64,000 nucleotides of DNA from Eledone cirrhosa (Eukaryota), in the NCBI GenBank assembly GCA_964016885.1, contig OZ024743.1, positions 220,286,001 through 220,350,000 of the forward strand, given 5' to 3'. Each line of letters opens with the position of its first letter. Positions within the stretch are counted from its first letter, which is position 1. Positions 12,559-26,885 of this stretch are shown here, in pieces. Position numbers and translations under genes: made by a program. The notes beneath the pieces are model-generated. The model was not told the origin of the DNA and searched no databases. It saw nothing but the letters and a program-made list of their open reading frames with translations.

Positions 12559-15062
12559 GTCTTTATTATCCATTTCATAAAATAAATGAGAACTTAAACT
12601 ATGTTAACTTTTATTCCAATCACACCAGATCCGTTAAAAACACTATTGTAAATTCTGTGGAGCAACGTATTTCTAGAATTTCAGCTAATAAAAATATATT
12701 TGAAGATAAGGCACAATATCATAACGAAGCGTTAGGTAGAGCAGGCTATAGTAATAAAATTAAATACATTGATAATAAGGATGTGCCAACTAACCATAAC
12801 TATAAATATAATAATAGAAAACCTTACACTAACTCGAAAACCAAAAGAAAAAGTAGAACTAGAAATATATTATGGTTCGCTCCCCCTTTCTCATTAAGTA
12901 TTAAAACTCCTATTGCTAAATTATTCTTTAAAGCTCTAGATAAGTGCTTTCCTAGAACACACAGGTATTACTCAATATTTAATAGACATACTATTAAACT
13001 CTCATATTCCACCACTATGAATTTAGCGTAGAATATTGATAGAATTAATAATAGAAACTTAAAACCTAACCAGAATAGCATTAATACCCCTAGCAATATC
13101 CAATATAGTGTTACGGCTCCTCTAAATAATAATTGTTTAGTTAAAAATATAGTATACAATTGTAATGTCAAAACAAATGGAAACTCCTTTAACTATGTCG
13201 GCTCTACTTCCACAGACTTCAAATCTCGTTTTAATAACCATAAATGTTCTTTTACGAATATTGGTAAAAAATCTTCAACTTCTCTATATAACTTATTATG
13301 GGACTTGAAATCCAAGAACATTAACTATTCTTTACTTTGGAAAATTATTTCCAAAGCTCCTTCATACACTGCTTTATCCCAAAATTGTTTCCTTTGTGTC
13401 GAAGAAATATTCTTTATACTAAAAAGTAAGAACTCTATTAATTTGCGAAATAATTTATTCAGTTCCTGCAAACATCGTTTAAATTCAACTCTTAAATATA
13501 TATATAAAATGTAATATACGATTTATCTCTTTTATAATGTCTTCTATATCTATATATGATTAATATACTTAATTTACTTTCTATTATCTCTACTTCACAT
13601 ATATATTATTACACCTATCGATAGATTATAAAATTCCTTTATATGACGGCTTGAAACTCCTCTAAGGAAAAGTTTTTCTTGAAAAACTTACGGAAGGTTC
13701 TAAGAAAATCTTTTGAAAATTGCTTTGAAAGATATAGAAAAACCATTATTTTTATACCTTCCAATATTTTTATATTGTTATATTTTTATATTCTTATATT
13801 TTCAAACGTTTTTAATATATATATCCAAATTTTTATATATATGTGGAAAAACATGATTTTTAAAAATATATATGTGGAGTAACCTATGGTTTATGCTTTA
13901 AATATATTCTTAAGATAAATTTTTTTTAAAATGTTTTAACTTTATAGCAAGTAAATTTATGACTTCGTATAAAATAACATATGGTTCATGTTTTAATTAT
14001 ATTCTTAAGATAAAAAAATGTTTACCTTCTTAACTTTATAGCATTTAATCCTTAGAGTCATCTGAGTTCTTAAAAAATCACTTATAACTTCCTTTACGCT
14101 TCCTTACTGTTTTTATAATATATCTAAGTGGTTATTCTTTTATAAACTCTCGAAAATTTTCCATAAATTTAGAATTATTTGGATGTTTAAAATGTTTGAC
14201 TTACAACATTTAATAAAATAAACTATACTAGATTTGCTGTAATGTAAAATAATATATATTTATTTAAATAATTTATAATCCTTAACATACGCATTTAAAC
14301 TAATTATTAAATTATTAAATTAAATCTTTAATATTAAGGTAGATTTTAATCTTTAATTTTGATTTCTAATTTTTTAATTTTAATTTTAATCTAATTTTTC
14401 AACCTATCATTATAAATATTATAATCAAAACATAATGAATCCTGCATTATAAATATTATTCTTCCACGTTATTCTCATTTCTTCATTTCTTCTCTCACGT
14501 AAATATACTTACGCTGTATTTATCCTTTGAAACTCATTTCTTCTCTCACTTAAATATACTTACGCTGTATTTATCCTTTGAAACTCTTCTCTTCATGCAC
14601 GCTATTTTCACTGTCAATATATATAATCGTTCTTTCTTTCCTCTTCTATCTTTCTCATTTATTTCTTTTTTTCCTTTTTTTTTCTCTCTCCCTCACATAT
14701 CACCTTCTTCCAACAGTTTAATTTAAATAAACCGTTATCTTTTCAACCTTTCGGACACTCATTTGCATACTCACTCATAATTTTCTATCACCCTCAATAA
14801 ATTTAATATCTCCACTATCCAGGAAGCTCCAACCGTTAAGGTTGTCTTTTTTTCCCGGGTATGTCAATATTTATTTATAAAACAAATCTGTATTTTATCT
14901 GATGAAAGCGCACCATAATTTGTTTTGTGGCCCTTGAAATATGTATAATGAAATAAATATGGTTTTATAAATATAGTTTCCATTTATTAATATATTGTGT
15001 ATTTACTCCTCTATCTTGTTGAGTGCTTGTTGAATCCCAACAAATTAAATATAACTTCTGCA
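12559..15062 (+). mobile_element. Inverted 3' arm of Penelope element 1
   Basis: Reverse complement of ~10880 to 8288, plus pLTR; ORFs 12657-13031 and 13305-13514 mirror 10528-10782 and 9882-10091. Confidence 0.92.
14891..14955 (+). ncRNA. pLTR hammerhead
   Basis: TATTTTAT-CTGATGA-..-GAAA-TATGTA-TA-ATGAAATA. Confidence 0.8.
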
Positions 15063-15189
15063 TATATATATATATATATATATTTAGGGCGGGTAAAATT
15101 CCCGAGATTATATATATATATATTTATATATCATCATCATCATTTAACGTCTATCTTCCACGCTAGCATGGGATTATATGTATATAATT

Positions 15190-16403
15190 TTAAAAAATTA
15201 TGCTCTGTGCCCTTTCCAAAGTGTTAATATATCGAGCTTCTTCGCATTTGGTAAGAAACTGGTATTATACCCTCCTGTATATACATATACACTCATTTAT
15301 TATGGCTAATAGTGAGATTTATTACTCTAAAGTTTCATCTGCGCACTCACAGGATCCCCTGTTTTGTCTGATGATCCTGTGAGTACCAGGTGAGACTCCA
15401 GAGTAATAAGGCTCGTCACTTTGCCATAATAAATGAATATTTAAACTCTACTTCTGTATTGAGTTTTGGGACCCGAGAGTGCCACCAAACTCTCCTCCTC
15501 TCTATGTCTATTACACAAAACTTTCTTTGAATCTCCCTCTCTGTATCTACTAAAGCCAAAATCTCCCCCTCTCCATATCTACCACGACACCAACTCTCTT
15601 ATCCCCCTCTCTATATCTAACATTAATACACTCACCCCTCTCTGCAAATATCTACACTTGTCTCTACCAATCCCCCTCTATATATCAATCACCCCTAAAC
15701 TCTACTACACGGCCCTTTCCAATTATCCCTCTCTATATATCTACAACCCTCAAATTCTCCCCCTCACTATATCTAACATAAAAAAACACTCTCTCAATCT
15801 CCAAGCTCTCCCCACCGGCATCTCTATCACACTCTGTCGTAATCGTTCTCTCTCTATCTATCACAACCCCCCTCTATATCTTTTACGACAATGCCATATC
15901 CAGTCCCCTCTATATATTTAGCAATATTTATCTCTCCCAACCCCCTCATTATATCTACTACACGACACACACTCCCTGCCTCTTAAACCACCTCTCCATA
16001 TCAATTACCACCAAACTATCCCCCTCTCTATATCTACCATACAACACTCTCTCTCATCCCCTCCCACTCTATCCATCACTACCAATCTCTCCCCCTCTCT
16101 ATATCTAACAATACCAATCTCTATCAATCCTCTCACTTTATTCATTACCATCGAACTCTCCCCCTCTCTAAATTAAACATAAAACTCTCTCTCCCAACCC
16201 CCTCTCTATATCAATTAACACCAAACTTTACCCCTCTCTATATCTAGTAAACAGAACTCTCCTCCAATCCTTTTCTCTATATCTACTACACGGTACTCTC
16301 TTCCAATTCCCCTCCCTATATCAATTAGCACCAAAGTCTTCCACTCTCTATATCTACTACACAGGACTCTCTTCCAATCCCCCTCTCTATATCTACTTCA
16401 CGG
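15190..16403 (+). repeat. Composite dispersed repeat with a C/T-rich degenerate tandem array
   Basis: 15190-15465 matches 40310-40612; 15466-16403 resembles 40960-41540; recurring CTCTATATCTAC/CAATCCCCCT motifs. Confidence 0.75.
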
Positions 16404-16480
16404 AATAAAGTACCAGTAATACACTGGGTAATTGCTGGCCTTGTGCCAAAAGTAGAAACAATTATAATTGAATACTAACT

Positions 16481-16696
16481 AGGGTGGTGGATTGGCAGTA
16501 ATCGGTAGAGCGTCGGACAATATGCTTTGTGGCATAGAGTTACGGCCCTTTACGTTCTGAGTTCAATTCCCGCCGAGGTTAGCTTTGCCTTTCATCCTTA
16601 TAGGGGTTAATAAAATAAAGCACCAGTAATGCACTGGGGTCGATTCAATCGAGTCCCCCACCCCGGATTGCTGGCCTCGTGCCTATACTAGAAATC
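16481..16696 (+). mobile_element. SINE (long variant), preceded by a SINE 3' tail at 16404-16462
   Basis: Consensus match; ATTATAATTGAATA duplicated at 16461-16474 and 16697-16710. Confidence 0.9.
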
Positions 16697-16891
16697 ATTA
16701 TAATTGAATATTTGAATCTAATAAAATGTCGGAAATAATAACCCTATACCGTCAACAGTTATTTCAGTGGGGACATGGTTAATATACATAGTGTATGCAC
16801 ACACACAATATTACCAGACACACACACGTACACACACAAGCTCGCACATTCAGACACCATACACACACACACACAGACACCACAATCGCAC

Positions 16892-16926
<35 letters not shown>

Positions 16927-17653
16927 GTTACCACACACGCACGCACAGACACCACTCACGCAAGACAGGTTAGATGATTTTACGATATTACTGTGTGTCT
17001 GTATATGTGTCAGAATATTTCACTCCCCTGCATCCTCGTACGCCTACACACACACAAATACACACATTCACACACTCACACACACATACACACCCACATA
17101 CAAACACGCACACACAAACACACACACATTCACACACACACACAAACTCACATTTACACACACACACACATTTACACATATATACAGATACACATCCGTA
17201 CACACACAAACATACACAGACACCCTCACAGGCCAGAAGAAACATTTAGATCTATGCAAGGTGTAATAGCAAAACTTAGTGAAGTTTTACTACACCTCAC
17301 GCTGTTTCATCGTCTGCCGCTTCCGTCAGAGCTATCAAACTAACATGTCGTCTGTTTATTGCCGGAGAGATATTTGTCGAGAAATACTGATCACACACAG
17401 CTTCAGAAAGAAAAGCAAGGAAGAAAGAGGGTATATATTGAAGAAAAGCGAAACATTTGAATGCGATATTAACAGAGTATTGTCTAATGCATTTCGGTAT
17501 AAATAAATTAGATGTAAGAGAAAATATGGAATTGTGAATATGTGATATACGTTAGCAAAGAGAGAAGAATATGGGAAAATGATAACCGCAAATGTATGCT
17601 CCATTATTTAGAAACTCTTGTGTAAAATATCCATGGCACATAAAAATAGATGC

Positions 17654-17723
<70 letters not shown>

Positions 17724-17771
17724 TTTCTGAATTTGTTTAGCAAGATTCTTTATCTGAAAACGTGTGTTGAA

Positions 17772-20067
17772 ACTGATATTGTTATGCTTTGGGACGGTCA
17801 TGTTGCTAATAAGAAACACACGCACCAGTTGCTTTCACTCCAATTTATTATAAATTAAATTTATAAATTTAAGAATTTATAAATTTCCGGTTGGTTGGTT
17901 GGTTCCACAACCGCACGGTCGTTCATATATTGTCAAAGTTCTTTCCTCACACATTCTGTGACCTCTTCAGTGACTACGGATTCTTTTCTTTGTTTTTGTG
18001 CCTCTCCTTTGTTCTGTCCTACGCCATCTTGTTTTTGTGTGTGTTGTGTGCTTAGTTTGCCCATGTGTTACATCCGGGTGTCTGTGTGTGTTTATATTTG
18101 TTTATTTATTTGTTTATTTACATGTTACTGGTTGGTTGTTTGTTCTATGTGTGTGTGTGTTTTCATTTTGTCCTTTATTGTAAGTTGTGATGTTGCTATT
18201 CCATTCATGTTTTCTATTTAATTTCGGTTGGAGTTCATTTATATTTATTGCCTCTGTGATTTGTCTAAACATTGCGTCTTTTCTGTGTATAGATTCTATT
18301 TTTTATTTCTATGTTCTCTAATTTGCCCTTATGTTCTATTTTAGCATGTTGGTGGAGTACAGATGATTCTTTTCTATCTTGAAGCTCTCGCCAGTGTTCA
18401 TTTATCCGTTCTCCTATACAACGAGCTGTCTCACCTATGTGCACTATATTCTTATCTCTACATTGTCCTTCAGTACATCTTATGCTATATACTACATTTC
18501 TAGTTTTACAGTTAATATGGGGGCTTAGTTTGCAGTTTATACATTTCTTATCTATACAGGGAGGTCTTTGAAAAGGGTATGTATTGCTAATAAGTGTTTT
18601 TATGGAGGTACCTGGTCTTTCTACTATCTTAATATTGAGTTTATGTTTATCTAGGGCCCTTCTAAATTTGTAAGCTAATTCACCTCTAGGGGTTGTATTG
18701 ATGAACATTACACTCAGGTATTTATTGCTATCATACCATGAGTTTATTCTATTAACCTTATTCCTAGTTATTTCTATTCTATTCCAAAATTTGCTCCTAT
18801 ACAAAGGGCAGGTCCCATTTGTATCATTATTTACCATTTTTTCCCATTTGGTTCTGGCTCCTCTATATACTCTGATTTTATCTCTCTGATTGTAACCAGA
18901 GAACTGCATACGGTGGATGAAGTGTTGTATGTGTCTCTCTAGTTCATGGGGTTGAACATGCGGGACACGTTTCTCATAACCCGTACCAAATCCGCAATCA
19001 GTATGTTGATTTTGGTATGGTCGAAACAGCTGAGTTTCGGTGGATCAGATATTTGGAAGTCATGGGCTTGGCATAATGGGAATGGAGGATTTGTTTTTTG
19101 TTATTAATGGTTTCTAACCAGAGCTCTGTGTCTAGTACAGGTAATTGATGGTTGGGGTGTTTGCTTGGGTAGTCTATAGTAACTCTAATACTCTGGTGGA
19201 TGGAGTTAGCTATTTGCTGGATGCTTTCCATGGTATTTTTCTCTAATTACTGACTGTTCTCTAGTGGGGTGTTTTTACTACGATGTTTATATCAACGTAG
19301 CGGGAGTACATTATCAGGGTTAAGAAGTTGCTGTCTTCTAATTGTTCTTTAAGTTTAAGTTTAAGTCTATTGTCCCACCATACCATGAATAGGTTAGCTA
19401 TGTCCCCTGCAATGCTAACACCAATGGCTGCTCCCTCCTCTTGGGCATATGTTTTTCCATTAAATTTGCACATATGTTCCTTCGGGGTTAATTTTATACT
19501 GGCCCCACCGCTTGTGCAATCATTTTCTTTAGTTCATCGTGGTTTTCGGGGGTTCGTATGGCTCTGGTCCACCCGTTCCATCTATCTGTGTGGGTTGTCT
19601 TGGCCATTGTAGGTAATGGTAGGTGGTCTGCCTCTTGCTCGTCTTGTAGGGCACAGATTGCTAAGGTCATATGTATCTAGATAATCATTACTATAGTTAA
19701 GTTTAAGTAGGAATCCCAGCTCACTGGTATCAATCCGACGGAATTCAACATTGCTCTCAGTGATCATTTCTACGCATTTCTCCACAGCAAAATCCACGTC
19801 AATGGATGGATATAGGGACACAACATCCATACTACCTATTATACAGTTTGTTAGGTCCCTAGATCAGTTACTTTCGCTGATACTGCTGAGGAGGTCCTCC
19901 GTGCTGTCACATATATCTGGGGACATTTCAATGATGGGGCGTATGATCAGGGAGAGGAAGTAGGAAAGTCTGTAGTTACTAGCAATGTTAGCTCCACAGA
20001 CTGGCCGTGTTGGTAGTCCTGTGACAGGGTCACTGCTCGTTTTATGGTCTTTTCGAAGCCCATACAA
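17772..20067 (-). mobile_element. Penelope-like element 2 (RT + C-terminal GIY-YIG), 5'-truncated and frameshifted
   Basis: MDVVSLYPSID; GAAIGVSIAGDIANLFM; YSRYVD; LPVLDTELW; MQFSGY; CINC..NCKTRNVVYSIRC..HIGETARCIGERINEH. Confidence 0.9.
17932..17974 (-). ncRNA. Hammerhead-like motif at the 3' end of Penelope 2
   Basis: GTCA-CTGAAGA-ggTCACAgaatgTGTGAg-GAAA-GAAC-TT-TGAC. Confidence 0.6.
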
Positions 20068-21425
20068 GAAAACCCACACAGATAGATGGAACGGGTGGAC
20101 CAGAGCCATACGGACCCCCGAAAACCACGATGAACTAAAGAAAATGATTGCACATGCGGTGGGGGCTAGTATAAAATTAACCCTTAAAGAACATATGTTC
20201 AAATTTAATGGAAAAACATATGCCCAAGAGGAGGGAGCAGCCATTGGTGTTAGCATTGCAGGGGACATAGCTAACCTATTCATGGTATGGTGGAACAATA
20301 GACTTAAACTTAAACTTAAAGAACAATTAGAGAGATAAAATCAGAGTATATAGAGGACCCAGAACCAAATGGGAAAAAATGGTAAATAATGAAACAAATG
20401 GGACCTGCCCTTTGTATAGGAACAAATTTTGGAATAGAATAGAAATAATTAGGAATAAGGTTAATAGAATAAACTCATGATATGATAGCAATCAATACAA
20501 CCCCTAGAGGTGAATTAGCTTACAAATTTAGAAGGGCCCTAGATAAACATAAACTCAATATTAGGATAGTAGAAATACCAGGTACCGCCATAAAAACATT
20601 TATTAGCAATACATACCCTTTTCAAAGACCTCCCTGTATAGATAAGAAATGTATAATCTGTAAACTAAGCCCCCATATTAACTGTAAAACTAGAAATGTA
20701 GTATATAGTATATAGTATAAGATGTACTGAAGGACAATGTAGAGATAAGAATATAGTGTACATAGGTGATACAGCTCGTAGTATAGGAGAACGGATAAAT
20801 GAACACTGGTGAGAGCTTCAAGATAGAAAAGAATCACCTGTACTCCACCAACATGTTAAAATAGAACATAAGGGTAAATAAGAGAACATAGAAATAAAAA
20901 TAGAATCTACACACAGAAAAGACGCAATGTTTAGACATATCACAGAGGCAATAAACATAAATGAACTCCAACCGAAATTAAATAGAAAACATGAATGGAA
21001 TAGTAACATCACAACTTACAATTAAGGACAAAATGAAAACACACACACACATAGAACAAACAACCAACCAGTAACATGTAAATAAACAAATAAATAAACA
21101 AATATATACACACACAGACACCCGGATGTAACACATGGGCAAACTAAGCACACAACACACACAAAAACAAGATGGCATAGGACAGAACAAAGGAGAAGCA
21201 CAAATACAAAAACAAAGAAAAGAATCCCCAGTCACTGAAGAGGTCACAGAATGTGTGAGGAAAGAACTTTGACAATATATGAACAACCGTCCGGTTGTGG
21301 AACCAACCAACCGGAAATTTATAAATTCTTAAATTTATAAATTTAATTTATAATAAATTGGAGTGAAAGCAACTGGTGCGTGCGTTTCTTATTGGCAACA
21401 TGACCCTCCCAAAGCATAACAATAT
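20068..21425 (+). mobile_element. Inverted arm of Penelope element 2 with a ~450-bp internal deletion
   Basis: 20068-20330 is the reverse complement of ~19338-19598, then jumps to the reverse complement of 18888-17772. Confidence 0.9.
21231..21273 (+). ncRNA. Hammerhead-like motif in the inverted arm of Penelope 2
   Basis: Same motif as 17932-17974. Confidence 0.6.
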
Positions 21426-21461
21426 ATATATATAAATCAGACAAAGTTGGAATTCCTTTTA

Positions 21462-21567
<106 letters not shown>

Positions 21568-21676
21568 TATATACATATGTATTGCATACATTACTATCTA
21601 TATGTGTGTGTGTGAAATTACGTGTTTATGGATATGCTTCAGTTTCAATGCATCTCATAAATGTAGGCTTGTATGC

Positions 21677-21719
<43 letters not shown>

Positions 21720-21727
<8 letters not shown>

Positions 21728-21950
21728 TAAAAGGAATTCCAATTTTGTCTGATTTACTTGTTTTATTTACAATCCTTTAAAATTTATAATGGTATTAGAA
21801 TGAAATAGTATGGTAGAATATTAAATGTTAAGTGTTAATTAACATTTAATATTCTACCATACTATTTCATTCTAATACCATTATAAATTTTAAAGGATTG
21901 TAAATAAAACGAGTAAATCAGACAAAGTTGGAATTCTTTTTATTAATATA
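21720..21950. repeat. ~112-bp-arm near-perfect palindrome
   Basis: 21720-21831 is the reverse complement of 21839-21950; the arm end is also present at 21433-21468. Confidence 0.85.
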
Positions 21951-21981
21951 ATCTTCTCTACATAATCATACACACTCGTGT

Positions 21982-23108
<1,127 letters not shown>

Positions 23109-23299
23109 GAACCATATATCGAGAGAAGACACAGTATTTTGTACATAGAGTAAATACATATTACATAGAAGAACATGTACTCGAGAGGGAATCAAAAGTG
23201 ACTATATGGCGCCATTTCGTTAACTGTAAACTGTAATTTAAAATAGATCTATGTGAACGGATATCGATCACAAACTGTGTGTGTAAACTCAAATTTATA

Positions 23300-23945
23300 T
23301 ACGTGTGAATGAAGTTCCACTCAAGCAGGTAGGGAAGTTCAAGTATCTCGGGGCCGTATTCATGATAGATGGAAGTCAGGAGGCTGAATTAAGTGCAAGA
23401 ATTGCAAAAGCTGATGCAGTAATGCGCCAGCTTCAGCAATCAGATGAAGGGAGGTAAGTGTAAAAGCCAAACTCGCTGTCTTCCTGGTATTCCTGCCAAC
23501 CCTTACCTATGGTCATGAATATTGGGAAATGACCGAAAGAGTACGATTGCGAATACAAGCAGCCAAAATGGGGTTCCTCTGAAGGGTTTTTGGAGTAACT
23601 TTAGTCGATGAAGTGCATAGCCCAGAGACAAGAGAGTCACTCCAGGTAGAGCCGCTACTTCTCTGAATTGAGAGATCACAACTCCGATGCTATGGACATG
23701 TGGTTAGAATGTCTCAGAAAAGAATCGCTGGACAGATTGTACAGGCAAAACTAACCGGCAGGAGAACCAGAGGTAGACCCGCAGCAAGTTAGTTGGATAA
23801 CATCCCTGAGCTTGGCTGGTCACACATTGGGATCCAGTTGGATCAGTTAGAGATGTTTGCTTCTGACAGACTAACTGGAAGGAGTGTTTGAGAAAGACTC
23901 TGCCCCCACGACCTTCTCAGAAATAAGTGAGTGAAGAAGATAATG
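23300..23945 (+). mobile_element. RTE-clade (Rex3/Expander-like) LINE 3' fragment
   Basis: LKQVGKFKYLG..ARIAKADAVMRQL; PTLTYGHEYW; IERSQLRCYGHVVRM; GRRTRGRP. Confidence 0.8.
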
Positions 23946-24092
23946 TCAATTTACTTTTCAATTTACATATCATATCTGTATGCATATATATTTGCATATA
24001 ATACCAATACGCACATTACATTTGCTAGCACAAAAACGCCCGAAGCGATGTTCTTCTACTAGCAATAAATAAAATCGTTAATTTATATTTTA

Positions 24093-24288
24093 TGATTTCT
24101 AGTATAGGCACAAAGCCAGTAATTTTGGGTGAGGGGAAAGTCGATTAAATCTACCCCAGTGCATTACAGGTACTTTATTTTATCGACCCCGTAAGGATGG
24201 AAGGCAAAGTTAACCTCGGCGGGATTTGAATTCAGATCATAAAGGGACGTAACTCTATGCTTCAAAGCATGGCGTCCGACTCTCTACT
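24093..24288 (-). mobile_element. SINE (major family)
   Basis: Consensus match. Confidence 0.9.
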
Positions 24289-24394
24289 CCAATATATAAT
24301 AATATCATATATATTATGTATAAATTAATATTATATATTTTTTATTTTACTATATTTATATATAATATCTATCATTTGATATTTAATATACAAT

Positions 24395-24835
24395 TACATC
24401 ATCCAGCCGACCTCATGGATGTTATCCAACCATCTTGCTCAGGGTCTACTCATAGATATCATGCCGGTTGGTTTTGTCCGTAAAATCTATCTACCGATAC
24501 TTTCCTGTGATATTCTAACCACATGCCCGTAGTATCGGTGTTGTGATCGCTCAAGTCGAAGAAACAGCGGCTACGCACTCTATCGGGTTACGTTACTCCG
24601 AAGACGCTTCGAAGGAACCAAATTTCGGCCGTTTGTATTCATAATCATAATTTTTCGATCATTACCCAAGATTCATGACCATAGGTAAAGGTTGACACGA
24701 ATACCGAATTGAAGATACTGAGTTTTATTCTGTTACACCTACCTCCTTTCTTCTGATGACCGAATGCTAAAGTATTATTGCACCAGCTCCTGCAATTCCT
24801 GCACTTAATTCAGCCACTTGGTTTCCACCATTTCC
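24395..24835 (-). mobile_element. RTE-clade LINE fragment, diverged
   Basis: Minus strand STFTYGHESW..RYYGHVVRI..RWLDNI, homologous to 23300-23945. Confidence 0.7.
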
Positions 24836-25080
24836 ACAAATTATCATACACAGTAAACGTACACACACATACACGGACACGTATAGACACACCCCACACA
24901 CACACGCACATACACATACAAGCACTCGCACACACACATACACTCACACGCGTATACATATATATGCCTGTATATATATGTATATATAACTAGGTATGTA
25001 TGTATGTATGTATGTATGTATGTATGTATGTATGTATGTATGTATGTATGTATGTATGTATGTATGTATGTATGTATGTA

Positions 25081-25690
25081 TGTCAGGTCACCAGTTGGTG
25101 CTACTGGTAACATGTATCCCAGTACAACCTGTCTCATGGTCGGGTCGTTGGCGACTAAACTGGCAACCCCACCAAGGTTTCTTGGTGAGGAGGGTGACTT
25201 TGGACATCCTGCAGGACTAAAAACAAAACCTGTCAAAGGGAAAAGGAGCTCTTAAGAGTCAATGGCCATCCAAAATCACCGGGAGAGATGACTCCTTAGC
25301 CTTTGTCAAGGCAGAATTCTAGGAGAAGGAAAACTCTGATATAACACCTGCAACACTGATGATATCCAATGATGTTGACTTGTTCTTCTTTTTGGTAAAT
25401 ATCATCTTTGTTAAGAGAGTGGGACTGGCTTTGTGCAGTGCCTTTGCTCACTATAAAAGCTTCACGGCACAGGCATTGCTTTATATCTGGAGATCTCTCT
25501 GCACTTGTCGTCACATGGTACCATGGGCCCAGCACTATGTGTCAATAATTGTCACAAGTGTAGTGTTTGTACCAGAGTTTTCAAGTTGCTGGCTAGACTA
25601 AAAAGTAACACTCGTTCAGCGTATCGGTAGGGGTTCTCCTACATGGATATAAAGTAGTGGCCGTACTCGAAAACGAGTTGGCAGCCACCA
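25081..25690 (+). mobile_element. ~600-bp non-autonomous RTE-like element, copy 2
   Basis: TGTCAGGTCACC...GGCAGCCACCA embedded in (TATG)n. Confidence 0.75.
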
Positions 25691-26058
25691 TGTATGTATG
25701 TATGTATGTATGTATGTATGTATGTATGTATGTATGTATGTATGTATGTATGTATGTATGTATGTATTCATGTGTATATGTATATATATATTTGTGTATA
25801 TGTATATATATATGTGTGTATATGTATATATATATGTGTGTATATGTATATATATGTGTATATGTATATATATATATGTGTATATGTATATATATATGTG
25901 TATATGTATATATATATGTGTGTATATGTATATATATGTGTGTGTATATGTATATGTATATGTGTATATGTATATATATGTGTGTATATGTATATATATA
26001 TATGTGTATATGTATATATATATGTGTATAGGTATATATATATGTGTATATGTATATA

Positions 26059-26168
<110 letters not shown>

Positions 26169-26200
26169 TATGTATATATATATGTGTATATGTATATATA

Positions 26201-26808
26201 TGTCAGGTCACCAGTTGGTGCTACTGGTAACATGTATCCCAGTACAACCTGTCCCATGGTCGGGTCGTTGGCGACTAAACTGGCAACCCCACCAAGGTTT
26301 CTTGGTGAGGAAGGTGACTTTGGACATCCTGCAGGACTAAAAACAAAACCTGTCAGAGGGCAAAGGAGCTCTTAAGCGTCAATGGCAATCCAAAATCACC
26401 GGGAGAGATGACTCCTTAGCCTTTGTCAAGGCAGAATTCTAGGAGAAGGAAAACTCTGATATAACACCTGCAACACTGATGATATCCAATGATGTTGACT
26501 TGTTCTTCTTTTTGGTAAATATCATCTTTGTTAAGAGAGTGGGACTGGCTTTGTGCAGTGCCTTTGCTCACTATAAAAGCTTCACGGCACTGGCATTGCT
26601 TTATATCTGGAGATCCCTCTGCACTTGTCATCACATGGTACCATGGGCCCAGCACTGTGTCAATAATTGTCACAGGTGTAGTGTTTGTACCAGAGTTTTC
26701 AAGTAGCTGGCTGGACTAAAAAGTCACACTTGTTCAGCGCATCGGTAGGGGTTCTCCTACATGGATATAAAGTAGTGGCCGTACTCGAAAACGAGTTGGC
26801 AGCCACCA
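26201..26808 (+). mobile_element. ~600-bp non-autonomous RTE-like element, copy 3
   Basis: Near-identical to copy 2, followed by (TATG)n. Confidence 0.75.
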
Positions 26809-26885
26809 TGTATTCATGTATGTATGTATGTATGTATGTATGTATGTATGTATGTATGTATGTATGTATGTATGTATGTATGTAT

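Noticed and set aside
9882-21425. Naiad-type selenoprotein Penelope elements
   Set aside because: Both elements have a C-terminal GIY-YIG and hammerheads, and their ORF breaks are frameshifts or mixed stops, not consistent in-frame UGA.
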